Below, piece after piece: positions 48,031 through 60,680 of a stretch of 64,000 nt of DNA. Where the stretch lies: positions 5,067,376-5,131,375 of the forward strand of contig NC_068986.1 in the NCBI RefSeq assembly GCF_001194135.2, given 5' to 3'. Position 1 is the stretch's first letter; the number at the start of each line of letters is the position of its first letter. The notes under the pieces are model-generated. The model searched no databases. It had not been told where the DNA came from and saw only the letters and a program-made list of their open reading frames with translations. Both the position numbers and the translations under genes were made by a program. Origin of the DNA: Octopus bimaculoides (taxonomy: Eukaryota).

Positions 48031-48801
48031 CCTAACTTGTATAATGATAATTGTAATAATGACAGCCCTAAAGCTCTGTGCCTAAAAAGTCAAAACATTA
48101 GTGAGGTTGTTCATACATAGCACAATATGGTAAGTATTAATCGTGTTCATGAAGCAGTTTTCTTTTATCATTTGAGTATCAAAATTTCATAATGATCAAT
48201 TAAGTGATTGGGTGCTCTTCCTATCACTAACTACTTTACAACATAGACTGGGCTTATTTCATTGTGCCACCAGCACTACAGAGGTTATCTGCCAGGACTA
48301 AAATATCTCCTCTACACTATATTGACTTCAGTTTAAAGTTTCTGCTCTCCCATATGAGTTGCTTTCACTGCTGCTTACATATCCCACATTTTCCTCTGTT
48401 AGATATGGACCAAAACCATTCTGAATACTGTTAGACTTGTTCAAAGTGCTTTGGCAAGTTGCCATTATTCTGGTTAAGAAGCCATGTCCTTCCAATATAC
48501 TGTCAGTGAAGCCTTACAGAGGTGAGGTAAAGGGAAAGAAGGAGCTTACCGTAATTCTCTGGGGCAGCAGGGAATGAGGCTGTCTGCATGACATGGGTAG
48601 ATGTGCAAGTTGGACTTCAATTGTTAATATAGCAGCATAGATGGGAAGTTAGATAAACCAACCAGACTCTCTATGGGTATATGTCCACTATTTGCAGTTA
48701 TTAATAGTAAAGCTCATTGCCTCATGCCTGTATAACAATGAACTCAAATATTATTTAAAAAGTGAAAACAAATGAAAGACTTAGCTGTAACCATAAAAAC
48801 A

Positions 48802-48807
48802 TTTATT
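48802..48807 (-). terminator. Candidate NDUFAF7 polyadenylation signal AATAAA
   Basis: 65 nt downstream of the stop codon on the minus strand. Confidence 0.6.
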
Positions 48808-48871
48808 TGCAATATAAATAATTTATAAGTGAGATGTGTGTGGTGGGACAAGATGAAGGAGTTTTTGTAAT

Positions 48872-49036
48872 CTAGTTTCCCAAAGAATAAAATCCAGCTG
48901 GTGTGTAATCTTTTTCAGTCTTTTGGAGAAAGGACATAAATTTATATCTTTCTCCCATTTGTTCTGGATCAATCAACATTTTACAACCTGATATAAGATC
49001 TTTATGTAACTCAGACTTCACATTTTGCAGCAGGAC
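48872..49036 (-). CDS. NDUFAF7: NDUFAF7 terminal exon: VLLQNVKSELHKDLISGCKMLIDPEQMGERYKFMSF...PAGFYSLGN*
   Basis: Matches ML..P..MGERF.F and AGF; TTTTTAG acceptor. Confidence 0.93.
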   Translation of the reverse strand, partial: VLLQNVKSELHKDLISGCKMLIDPEQMGERYKFMSFLQKTEKDYTPAGFYSLGN

Positions 49037-50498
49037 CTAAAAATAAGTGCAAATAACTTTTGAAGTTTTATTGTAAGAATTAACAATCATAATTGTAGTA
49101 ATAATAATTATAAATTTGGAATTTTATTGTAATTAATAAATAAGTGATTTAGATATATGACCAGCAAGTTTGAAAGAAGGTTTGTGATTATATCAACCTC
49201 AGTATTAAACTGGTACTTTATTTTATTGACCCACAAAGAGATGAAATTCAATGTTGACTTAAGTAGCATTCAACATCAGAATGTAAGGAGCCAGAAGATA
49301 TATCATAAAGTATTTTGTTCAATGTTCTAACGATTTATTCCAGTTCACTGCTCTGAAGTTTTATCGTAATCATGTCTAACAGAAGCAAGTTTGATGAGAA
49401 GAGAATTATATCAATTTTTGATTGGTATTTATTTTAACAACTCTTGATGGATGAAAGAAAATGTTGACCTCAGCAGGATTTGAAAACTTTTATGTAATAA
49501 TGGCTTCAAATTTTGGCACAAGGCCAGCAACTTGAGGGCAGGAGATAAGTTGATTACATTGACCCCAGTGCTCAACTGGTACTTATTTTATCAACTCTGT
49601 AAGGATGAAAAGCAAAGCTGACCTCAGCAGAATTTGAACTCAGAGCATAAAGACAGATGAAATGCCACAAAGCATTTGGCGTGATGTGCTAACAATTTTG
49701 CCAATTCACTGCCTTAAAACTTTTTTATTATAATAATTATATTTTTAAGCAGACTTACGCTTAAATGATTCTCAACCATGGCCATCTTGTGTTTTGTATA
49801 TTTAGGACAACATTATTCACTGTTCCTCTTTTTCCAAGATGGTGGAAGTGTGAGTTGAGGAAATTTCTATTTGCTACTTCTATAAATCAATCTATAATAC
49901 AGAGACTCCCTCATTGGGTCTATATACATCAATAAGTGCACATATGTACAACACATACTCGTAGGTTAGATGTGCATCAAAAATTGGAAAACAGCTGTTA
50001 CAAAACTCGTATAAGCATAATTTCATAGTCTGGTATGAAATTATAAGTGTATAGTGTAGAGATTACAAGCGATAGTGTGTTGTTTATCTCTTTGAATAAA
50101 CATGGACAGTTTACACGAGTGCAACAACAGTATAATGTGACTAATATTGATTTTTGGTTTCACATGTACAAGGCCAATTTGTACTGCGAGAAGTTATCTT
50201 AGTCAAATCTATCAAGTTTTAACATATTGCTCAAAAATATATTTTATCACATCTAAATGGATGAAAAGCTACATTAACCTGAATAAGATTTGAACTCATA
50301 CAGAAACAAATATAAAAACTATAAGACATTTTAACCTGACACTTCATTATCTCTATCACCTCAGTCTTGGAACCAATAATGGAGGTATTATAAAAACAAG
50401 ATTTCATTGTGGCTTGTGAGATAAATATGTCCTTATTAATTTAATCTCCATTTCTGCTGTATTTATAGCTTATTAATTTTTTTTTTTATAAGAATATC

Positions 50499-51063
50499 GG
50501 ATCTTTTTTAAAACGGGGGCCACATTTTTCATTAATGTTTTACGTAGTGTTTTTGGTACCGAAAGACTTTCAAACTTCGTATACTTATCTATTTTGTGTT
50601 ATAGAACAGAAAAATATTTTTGTATTCGAATTTATTTCATGTAAAAAATTGTCTTATTTTGATAATTTCAACCAATCACTGACAAGTATTCAGTTGTTTA
50701 TATTTACTCCTTTGGCTGATTAAGCGGTGTAAAGCGTATTTAATTTCCATAGCTTCGTTTTGCTTTTTTCTTTTTAAATTTGCTGTTTTACCCTAACCCT
50801 AACCCTAACCCTATCACCGATAGAATTGTTTCAGAATCATTTGTTTATGTAGTCGGCACTTAATGTATATCGGCTGAATGGACGTCAGTGATTGGTTGAA
50901 ATTACAGAAATACGACAACTTTAACAGGAAATAACTTAGGGATTTCTTTTGTTTTAAAGAAGACTAAGAGAAAAAGATGTTTTATATGACACATTCTACC
51001 AGTGTTCTAAGTTTCAAAGTGTTTCGTTAATGAAAAATGTGGCCCCCGTTTTAAAAAAGATCC
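50499..51063. mobile_element. Merlin-like non-autonomous DNA transposon (565 bp) with internal (CCCTAA)n
   Basis: Perfect 37-bp TIRs starting GG; perfect 8-bp TSD AGAATATC at 50491-50498 and 51064-51071. Confidence 0.8.
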
Positions 51064-51636
51064 AGAATATCTTTTATTCAAATTTAAATACAAAGAAACA
51101 GGAAAAAAGGGAGATAAGAAAGGAAAAGAACGAAAAGGTTTAAAAAAAGGGGAGTAAAGCAGCAGAAGATAGAGGGGGAGAGGGTGATGGGGCACATAAA
51201 CTTCTGTGATCTAACTACAGGGCCTAGTTTCAGAGAGAGAGAGTGATTAAACAATTATAGAATGAGTCTCTTTCTAAAACAATCCATATCAAATAGAATG
51301 ATGTAGAATAAGGAACACTTTGAAGAAAATTTGATTTTTAATTTTCGTAGCTGGCCATATGTGAGCCTGCTACTAAAGTTAGAGCATATTAGCCTGTGCA
51401 TGTTGCAGCCTATGAATGTTGTAGCTTATGAGTATTGCAGATAGAAACAATCCCAGTTCATCACTGGTGCCCATACTTATTTATATATCTACTTTAATGT
51501 TAATTAATCCTAATTATAAAAGTATTTCTAGCTTTGCTTTAAAAGGTTTGGTGGTTTTAACCACCAAATTCAGCAGATCTAACAAACAGATGATATCTTT
51601 TAGTAGTTTTATTAATATTTTGATATCAATAAGTAT

Positions 51637-52025
51637 ATGGCTGTGTGGTAAGAAGCTCTGCCTCTCAACCATATAGTTCCGGATTCAGTTCCACTTTGCA
51701 GCAACTTGGGCAAGTGTCTTCTACAATAGCCTCAGGCCAACCAAAGCCTTCTGAGTGGATTTGGACAGAAACTGAAAGAAGCCAATTATGTGTGTGTGTG
51801 TGTGTATTTATGAGTGTGTATCTCTGTGTCTGTTTTTGCCCCACCACCACCACCAGTGGTGGTATGTTTACGTACCCGTAACTTAGCAATCTGGCAAAAG
51901 AGACTGATAGAAATAGGCCCTAGAGTTTAAGAAATAGGCCCTAGAGTTGATCTGTTCGACTAAAATACTTCAAGGTGATGCCCCAGTATGTCCACAGTCG
52001 AACAACTGAAACAAGTAAAATATAA
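51637..52025 (+). mobile_element. Full-length SINE (12045 family) with a 21-bp internal duplication
   Basis: Head and tail motifs; AGAAATAGGCCCTAGAGTT occurs twice. Confidence 0.8.
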
Positions 52026-52429
52026 AAGATTTCCACTTTCCATTACCCTTTGTTAATATCCTCATATTAACATCTACATATAAGGTTAACTTTGCTAGAA
52101 GATTCAAAACTTTCAATCTTTAAGTACATTTTCAATAAAGCTTGTTTTCCTAAATAATATTAAGTATTAAACCAGGACTTGAGAGGGCTCTTTAGTCTTG
52201 CCAAGAGCAAGATAACCTCTATAGAGCTGGCACCATGAAAAAAATGCACCTGGTTCATTCTGTAAAGTGGTTGGTGTCAGAAAGAGCATCCAGCTATAGA
52301 AACAATGCCAGAACTGGGATATTGCAAGAAGTGGCTCTCTGATCTACTGGATCCTGTTGGCTCATCCAAACCATACTAGCATAGAAAGTAGTTGAAAAAT
52401 GATGGTGAGGAAGAGGAGGAAGATCATCA

Positions 52430-53435
52430 TCATCATCATCATCATCGTTTAACGTCTGCCTTCCATGCTAGCATGGGTTGGACGATTTGACTGAGGACTG
52501 TTGAAACCGGATGGCAACACCAGGCTCCAATCTAATTTGGCAGAGTTTCTACAGCTGGATGCCTTTCCTAACGCCAACCACTCAGAGAGTGTAGTGGGTG
52601 CTTTTACGTGTCACCCGCACGAAGGCCAGTCAGGTGATACTGGCAACGGCCACGCTCGAAATGGTGTCTTTTATGTGCCACCCGCACAAAAGCCAGTCCA
52701 GGGGCACTGGCAACGATCTCGCTCAAAAACCCTACGAAGGCCAGTCAGGCGGCACTGNNNNNNNNNNNNNNNNNNNNNNNNNNNNNNNNNNNNNNNNNNN
52801 NNNNNNNNNNNNNNNNNNNNNNNNNNNNNNNNNNNNNNNNNNNNNNNNNNNNNNNNNNNNNNNNNNNNNNNNNNNNNNNNNNNNNNNNNNNNNNNNNNNN
52901 NNNNNNNNGATCATCATCATCATCATCATCATCGTTTAACGTCTGCCTTCCATGCTAGCATGGGTTGGACGATTTGACTGAGGACTGTTGAAACCGGATG
53001 GCAACACCAGGCTCCAATCTAATTTGGCAGAGTTTCTACAGCTGGATGCCTTTCCTAACGCCAACCACTCAGAGAGTGTAGTGGGTGCTTTTACGTGTCA
53101 CCCGCACGAAGGCCAGTCAGGTGATACTGGCAACGGCCACGCTCGAAATGGTGTCTTTTATGTGCCACCCGCACAAAAGCCAGTCCAGGGGCACTGGCAA
53201 CAATCTCGCTCAAAAAACCTCATGTGTCGCCCACACAAGAGCCAGCCCAGGGGCACCGGCAACGATCCCGCTCGGAAAGATTTCATGTGTCGCCCTCACA
53301 TGAGCCAATCCAGGGGCACTGGCAACGATCCCGCTCAAAAGATTTCATGTGTCGCCCGCACATGAGCCAGTCCAGGGGCACCGGCAGCGATCTCGCTCGA
53401 AAAACCTCCTGTGTCACCCGCACAGGAGCCAGTTG
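52430..53435 (-). mobile_element. RTE-type tail element with ~57-bp tandem array; first ~330 bp repeated on both sides of a gap
   Basis: 52430-52730 and 52909-53210 essentially identical; about five ATGTGTCGCCC.CAC..GAGCCAGTCCAGGGGCACTGGCAACGATC units. Confidence 0.85.
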
Positions 53436-53468
53436 ACTCAGTTAAATATATTTAAATGAAATACATAC

Positions 53469-53536
53469 CTTCAATCGAACTCCAATTCCCATGTTTTGTA
53501 AAAAACTACCTTGTGTTGTAGGACCAAAAATGTCAA
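53469..53536 (-). CDS. NDUFAF7: NDUFAF7 exon: VDIFGPTTQGSFLQNMGIGVRLK
   Basis: Matches GP..Q..FL.NMGI.VRLK; AG/GT; phase 1 to 0. Confidence 0.95.
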
Positions 53537-54343
53537 CTATAAAAGATAAAAATAGATATATTTTTCTGTCATTTAAAGTAAAATTTGTATAAAAAGATAG
53601 AAAATTGATTTTATAATTCATGCAATATTCTGCACTAGATTTTGGCGTGTATACCATCAGACACACAATGCAGTTTCAGTTCCTAACTGAAACTGTTTTA
53701 CTACACTTTGGAAAACATTAATGTCACAACTTCTAATTTTCTGGTTTTCTGTGGTGGTTGTAGTCCCAGTTCTGATGAGAAAGGACTAGGTGAAAGTTTA
53801 GTATGGCGTTTTGGGGGAGTCACAATAACAGACAAAAATTGACAGTCTTTCTGCACCACAAAGACTAGCTTTTCTCTACAAGATCAAACATTATATTAGT
53901 TGTTAGCATGTACAAAACCTAATTGAGCTTCTCACTTGAGATACACAATGGAATTCTGCTCCCATATCTGAGTCAGTGTCACTGTTACAAATACAAACAT
54001 CTTAAATAACATTCCAAAATCCCCATTTGTTACATTAGTATGAAATCACTCACCAATGTACTCTAGCATCTGACCAATAAACATGCCATCTGCTTGTTCT
54101 ACATTTACTTAAATGACTTGTAGGCACATGGTATTTCGTTATGCAACCATAATACGCTACAAAGTATATTAAATGTTTTAATAAGTCAAAACTGTGTACT
54201 ACTGTATCAATAACTCTACATTTACTACTACAATACCTTCTCTCATCATCCGTATTGTATCCCTTCCCCACACTCTTTTTAATGCCTAATCCTTTCTACC
54301 TCTAACATCATTCCTCCAGAATACTCTCCTGACTTATATTTTT

Positions 54344-54431
54344 ATTGCTGATGTCAAATTGCTGATGTCAAATTGCTGATGTCAAATTGCTGTCAAATTG
54401 CTGATGTCAAATTGCTGATGTCAAATTGCTG
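54344..54431. repeat. 14-bp tandem repeat (ATTGCTGATGTCAA), about 6 units, one 3 bp short
   Basis: Direct inspection. Confidence 0.92.
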
Positions 54432-55169
54432 AGTTAATCTCAGTATAAAATAAACATCTGCAGATTCTCAGTTCAGATTGTAAGTATTAAATCAAAAAGT
54501 TCAACAAAGTTATTTCTATACAAATGAGTAAAGTTAAGCTCATCAATCAGATACAATTTAACTTGTTTTAATAATCAAATAGTATTGTCTTAAAGCCTGT
54601 GAAAGTTATAACACAATGTGATACAGATATGCAATAATGTCACATCTTAATCCCACTGTGTAGCATCTTAGGCAACTATCTTCTACAATAGCTTCAGGCT
54701 GATTAATGTCTTGTGTGTGAATTTGGTAGACAGAAACTGTACAGAAGCCCATCATCATCATTTAACATCTGTTTTCTATACTGGCATGGGTTGGACTGTT
54801 TGACAGGAGCTGGCTAGCTGAAAAGCTGCCTGGACTTCATATCTGTTTTGATATGGTTTCTATGGCTGGATGCCCTTCCTATTGTCAACCACTTTACAGA
54901 GTGTACTGGGAGCTTTTATGTAGCACCAGCAGTGGCGCTTTTACATGGCACCAGCATGGGTGCTTTTTATGTGGTACCAGCACCCATGAACCCACAAGAT
55001 TAGGATCACCCAGCAGAAGAGGGATGTAGGGGATATGCCTGTTTGCAAGAACAATTACAATTTTACTTGTCTTGACGTATCTTCTCAAGCACAGTAAACT
55101 GCCAGAAGTCTCAGTCCCTTATCATCCCCTCTGTGAGGCCCAATGTCTGAAGATCCTTTCCCACTATTA

Positions 55170-55208
<39 letters not shown>

Positions 55209-55611
55209 CATCTTTGTGTCTGTGTTTGTTCTCCCATATTACATAACAACCAGGGTTGATTTGTTCACTTAGCAGTTCAGCAAAAGAGACCAATAGAATA
55301 AGTACTAGATTTAAGAAAAACAAAAGGTACTGGAGTTGATTTGCTTCACTAAAGCCCTTCAAGGTGGTGCTCCAGCATGGCCGCAGTCAAATGATTCAAT
55401 TAAGCTAAAAGATAAAAGAGACTTTGTTTATCAGACCAAAATGAAATTAGTAGAACATTCTCAACTTATCCTGCTAACTTCACTTAGCTAGAACTTTGAC
55501 TATTATATTTTTATTTTGCTCATATCAGAATCAGCAACAGTTTTCTACCCACTTGTACATGAAATGGATTGAAAAACTAGTCTTAAGAAATAGAAAGAAA
55601 AAAAAATTTAC

Positions 55612-55720
55612 CATAATTAGAAGCTACTTTGGATATATATTTGAAGTCAACATCTGCTGTTAGATCTGCAAATCCTGGGTTTAAAAACACATCACTCTGA
55701 ACTTGATGTTTAAAAAATCC
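55612..55720 (-). CDS. NDUFAF7: NDUFAF7 exon: GFFKHQVQSDVFLNPGFADLTADVDFKYISKVASNY
   Basis: Diagnostic PG.ADLTADVDF; AG/GT. Confidence 0.96.
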
Positions 55721-56569
55721 CTGTAAGAAAATATTTAATATGAAAAAATACAATTTATTTGAGGAGCTCTTTTTTCTTTACTTTTAATTTTCTGAAACAT
55801 GATATGTTACATTTTAAAGTGTTTTTATTTTAGGAGAACATCTGGCTGAACTAATTAAGATACTGGACAATAAACTGAGGTAAGAACTCTGCATTCTGTC
55901 ATTGCATTGAGTTTGTTGCTATGACATATAATTATCCATGCTCTAATTCTACTATCTCTAAATATCTGTTCTAGAATAGTATGGTAGCCCCTAAAAGGAG
56001 TGGATGTATCATAAAATTGCTGAATTATCATTAGCTAACAGTTGTGAACTGAAATATTTTCTGGTGGGTCTGTAGAAAACAATGGGCAAAAAAATAGCTT
56101 TCATGTATTCCTCCTTTGTATAACTACAGAAAGATTGTTTTACAGTCCTCATCAATCAACCAAATAGAGATTACATGTTTATCTATCACAGCTACCTCAG
56201 TGATCTCTGCTGTTAAAAAAATTACCAGCAACAAATGGGTGCATGCAGTTAAGTTTCAGGCAAGTTTATTCTACCATAATGTCTAGTTGACCAAAGTCTT
56301 GTTAGTGAAATTTGGTAAATAGAAACTGTGTGGAAGCCTGTTGGAAGAAGCATTTCTATTCTTAGGTGATAAGCTTAATCCATTGCCCAGTTTAACACCG
56401 CCACTTGATAACTTGAGTTCACTTCTTTGCAAGCTAGGTGTTTAACCTAAGGATGACTTCCTCTCAACCATCTTTCGCCTTTCAGTAAGCACTTTCCTCA
56501 ATCTAGTATTCTTTACCTCAGCTGTATCCCTTAACAAGTTTGTTAGAATATAGAAGATAAAAAACTCAC

Positions 56570-56719
56570 TCTCAGAGTATCCATTTTTTCTCCATTGTGA
56601 CCATAATCAGCAATCAATGCAAAGCCACCATTTTCTGCAATTCTGTGAGACAGGGTTTCAATAATTGCACCAGACTCAAAACTCATTTCAATATGGTCTC
56701 TGTTGTCATTTTCGTCAAC
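56570..56719 (-). CDS. NDUFAF7: NDUFAF7 exon: VDENDNRDHIEMSFESG...GGFALIADYGHNGEKMDTLR
   Basis: Diagnostic GG.AL.ADYGH.G...DT.R; AG/GT. Confidence 0.96.
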
Positions 56720-56764
56720 CTGCAATAAAGAAAAGTTAATCAAGCACTTAATATTCTTTCTAAT

Positions 56765-57112
56765 TTTGGCACAACACCAGTTATTTTAAAGGGAAGAGAA
56801 GTTAATTACATCAATCCCAACATGCAACAGCAACTTATTTTATCGACCCCAAAAGGATGGAAGGTAAAGTCAACCTCAGCAGAATTTGAACTCAGAATGT
56901 AAAGACAGACAAAATGCCACTAAACATTTTGCCTAGCATGCTAACAATTCTGCCAGCTCACTGTCTTAATCCAGCAGTTAATATTAAGATATGATAAAAG
57001 GTAGTGAGCTGGCAGAATCATTAACATGCTAGGTGAAATACTTAGCAGTATTTCATCCATTTTCCTGTTCTGAGTTCAAATTTCACTGAGGTCAACTTTG
57101 CCTTTCATCCTT
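56765..57112. mobile_element. Head-to-head pair of SINEs (4931 family) forming a ~110-bp inverted repeat
   Basis: Arms 56853-56962 and 57003-57112, 40-nt spacer. Confidence 0.8.
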
Positions 57113-57417
57113 AAAACTGAGTGCTTTATTGATATCCACCACAATTTTTTAATTCCTTTTCTCTTCTCACTATATATGTATAGATAACTTCTATGATGAA
57201 GTAAAGATAACATGTTATTTGTCTATCTCCTTAACTTCTTGGAGATTTTAGGAATAATTATACTAATGTGTCTATCTGTTCTAATTTAATTAAATTCTAT
57301 GCAGCTGAGGATTGCTCTGAATTTTAAATTGATGTAATGATTGCATTGTTCAATTAAATGGAGTTGCATGAAGCGATCATACTGCATTACCTCTGGATAT
57401 CCTTGTTGCTTATTTTG

Positions 57418-57459
<42 letters not shown>

Positions 57460-57774
57460 TACATACATACATACAAACACACACATTTATATTTATGCAT
57501 ATCTTTTTGGGATAATATCAACCAGAAATTACAGGTGCAGGCATGTTTGTGTAGTTAAGAAGTTCATTTTGTAACTACTCGGCTTTGGCATCATGAGCAG
57601 ATTCTTCTACCAACCCCTTTGATTAACCATTAACTTCTGAGTGGAATTTGACAGAGTGAAAAAGTGAAGTCATATGGAAATCTATCATATAAATACGATG
57701 AGCATGTTATGTGTGTGAGTGTGTGTTTATATGNNNNNNNNNNNNNNNNNNNNNNNNNNNNNNNNNNNNNNNNN

Positions 57775-57818
<44 letters not shown>

Positions 57819-58149
57819 TGTGCATGTTTGTCTGTGTCTGTGTGTGTTTATATTGGTTGCTAAGTGTCAATGAAGATTGTAAACATAATTGAAATATTGG
57901 GTGTTAAAATCATCTGAGTAACAAATACTTCCTTATCACATCAGAAATATTGTGAACTAGCGACCAGCATGTGGGAAACCTGTAACCAACAATGGTATCG
58001 TTCACAAACTGTGGTATACAATAAATAAATAGCTTTTGTTCCTAAAATAAAGCCTGATATTTTTATCTCTGATGTTTCTGAAATAAAATTAAACATTTTT
58101 TGTATTCGTTGGTTCCAAATCAAATAAAATCTATTTTAAGCCTTACAGA

Positions 58150-58575
58150 AAATGTTTGTGTGGCAGCGTGGCAAGAAGTTTGATTCCCCAATCACATGGT
58201 TCCAGGTTCAGTCCCACTGCATGGGGTACCTTGGGCAAGTGACTTTTACTATCACCTCAGACTGACTGTGAGTGGATTTGGTAGAAAGAAACATAAAGAA
58301 GACCATTGTGTGTGTGTGTGTGTGTGGGCATGAGTGTGTGTGTGTATGTGGGCATACACGTCGTCATGACCCCCCACCACCACCACTGCTCTTAACAACT
58401 GGTGTTGCTGAAATAGTTTCCGTAACTTAGCAGCTCAGCAAAAGAGATCGACAGAATAAGTACCAGGCTTAAAAATGAAAAAAGAAGTACTGAAATTGAT
58501 TCACATGACTAGACATTCTTCAAGGTGTTGCCCCAGAATGGCCACAGTCTAATGACTGAAATAAGTAAAAGACAA
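58150..58575 (+). mobile_element. Full-length SINE (12045 family)
   Basis: Head, internal (TG)n and tail motifs. Confidence 0.75.
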
Positions 58576-58684
58576 AAGATAAAAGATGTCATCTTTGTCA
58601 GAAATTCAAACATCAGAGATTAAAAATAGAAAATATTACAAAACTGGATTTAGAATGACAAATGAAATAAAAAAATATACTTAC

Positions 58685-58801
58685 TTGGAAGCAAACCGAA
58701 GCAGGAGTAGGAGATTTTGAGACTGTGAATTTAAAATCATTTGGAGAAGATAAATCTAAATTTAAATCAACAAGAACCTCTCGCCATCCACGTTCTGTTT
58801 T
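58685..58801 (-). CDS. NDUFAF7: NDUFAF7 exon: KTERGWREVLVDLNLDLSSPNDFKFTVSKSPTPASVCFQ
   Basis: Matches KT..GWREV.VD; AG/GT; 117 nt. Confidence 0.96.
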
Positions 58802-60159
58802 CTGAAATGGAATAAATAGATATTCTAAATAATATTGGTTTTACAGTTTGGCACAAGGTTAACAACTTTGGGGTAGAGGTTAAGTCAATTAGAGTGACCC
58901 CAGTGCTCAACTGGTACTTATTCTATTGGCCCCCAAAAAGATAAAAGATAATGTCAACCTTGGTGGAATTTGAACTCAGAATGTAAAGACAGAGAAAATG
59001 TCACTAAGCATTTTCCCCAGCATGCTTATGATTTTGCCAGCTCACTGCCCTAATATTCTGACTAATATTGAATTCTATTGCTTATGTATACAACTTGTTG
59101 GTTCAAAAATATCTTTTTATTTTTCTTTTAAAAGTATTAGAACTGCAGAAGTGTACCTGCCAGGCAAGTGATTTGATCTGAGATCATGTGTTGAAACTGG
59201 AAGAATTACAACATGGAAGACACATATTAGCCTTGCAAAAACATGCAAAAATGGTTAACTTCACTCAAACATTTCTTATTTAGTGTCAAAAAAAAAACGA
59301 AAAATGTTGCACAAATACAATAAAAATAATAAATCAGGACATAACAACGGATGTCTTTCGACTAAGGACAAATTAAATTTGGCTGGCGTGTATGGAAATA
59401 ATGCCTTACAGCAGGAATACAAGATTTCACAGGGAGGAATAACGATTTTGCATGCACAATGGCCGGCCAAGAAAGAAAGATCATGCTTGGCCGAACACCG
59501 GTCATGTGGGAAGAGAAGAGAGAAAGGTAGAAGCAGAGGGACAAAAGAATTAGGGAGGGGCAAGAAAAACGACAGGGACAGAGTGAAGTATATATATATA
59601 TATATNNNNNNNNNNNNNNNNNNNNNNNNNNNNNNNNNNNNNNNNNNNNNNNNNNNNNNNNNNNNNNNNNNNNNNNNNNNNNNNNNNNNNNNNNNNNNNN
59701 NNNNNNNNNNNNNNNNNNNNNNNNNNNNNNNNNNNNNNNNNNNNNNNNNNNNNNNNNNNNNNNNNNNNNNNNNNNNNNNNNNNNNNNNNNNNNNNATATA
59801 TACATATATATTATTCAGATATAGTTTATAAAAAGGTTAAATGAAAGTGCTTACACACTAGAAAAAAATGTATTCCCAAAAAAGGTTAGTAACACCCTCA
59901 TAATAGATTTCATAACATTTTTTTTAAAAATCACCTGTACACTTCAAAAACTATTAAGTAATTCTCATAGACTTGATGGATGAGGAAAATGAAAGACTGA
60001 TATTTTCAAAAATAAATACTCTTAGTGATATTTGTTGAACCCCAGTTACCTAGACACTTCTTTGTCACTCCCAATAATCTGAAATGAAATCAATTTTGGT
60101 AGCGTTCCAACTATGCACATAGAAACCATTTGTATTTTTAAGCAATACAACAGCTATAA

Positions 60160-60620
60160 CTAAAAAGACTTGTCAATCTGCTTTATGGTCCCAGCAGACA
60201 AAATGGAAAAGGTGGTGCCACAGAGGACAGTGAAGGTGATGTGCTGGAACAGCCACTTCAACTCTCGGGGCTTGCACTTGCAGATAGCCACCTCCAGCTT
60301 GATAGCAATGAGTAGGGATATAGTGTGAGAACCAAGAATGTTGAAGGTTTCCACTGCCACAGGGTTCAACCACAAATCTGTCAAAGAGCATCTGATACTT
60401 TGATAGTTTTCCCCTCTTGGCCTGATGAGCAGCGAAGCTGCCTGGGCTGGCAGCCGAACATACCAGGTTGCTACTGGAGGTGTTGCAGCAAACGGAATCC
60501 CAGATAAAGGACCTTATCTGGGATGCCACGGGAAGATTGTCATGCTGTCTGACTTGAGCTGGGAAGGGAAGCCTGCAGTATCACTTATTGACCCCTTGTA
60601 TATTTGTAACCAGCAACACT
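60160..60620 (-). mobile_element. CRE-clade-like non-LTR retrotransposon relic (restriction-like endonuclease C-terminus)
   Basis: With frameshifts: DSMTIFPW/SQIRSFIWDSVCCNT...SKYQMLFDRFVVE/PVAVETFNILG...PRELKWLFQHI. Confidence 0.6.
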
Positions 60621-60680
60621 GCTATTCCCTAAACACAAAATAAATAAATAAATAAATAAATAAATAAAGTAAATGAATAC

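Noticed and set aside
52430-53215. Real tandem duplication of ~300 bp
   Set aside because: Essentially identical copies on both sides of an N gap are typical of unmerged contig ends; likely an assembly artefact, to be tested with long reads
53160-53430. CRISPR-like array
   Set aside because: Contiguous tandem units with no unique spacers, eukaryotic context, no cas genes
54054-54089. 36-nt in-frame NDUFAF7 cassette exon (DGMFIGQMLEYI) with a TTG|GTGAGT donor
   Set aside because: Acceptor is purine-rich with no polypyrimidine tract, and the insertion has no homologous support
59276-59580. Additional hammerhead or PLE terminus
   Set aside because: Only CCG-GTGTT-CGG and loose core remnants are visible; too degenerate, left as an unclassified repeat
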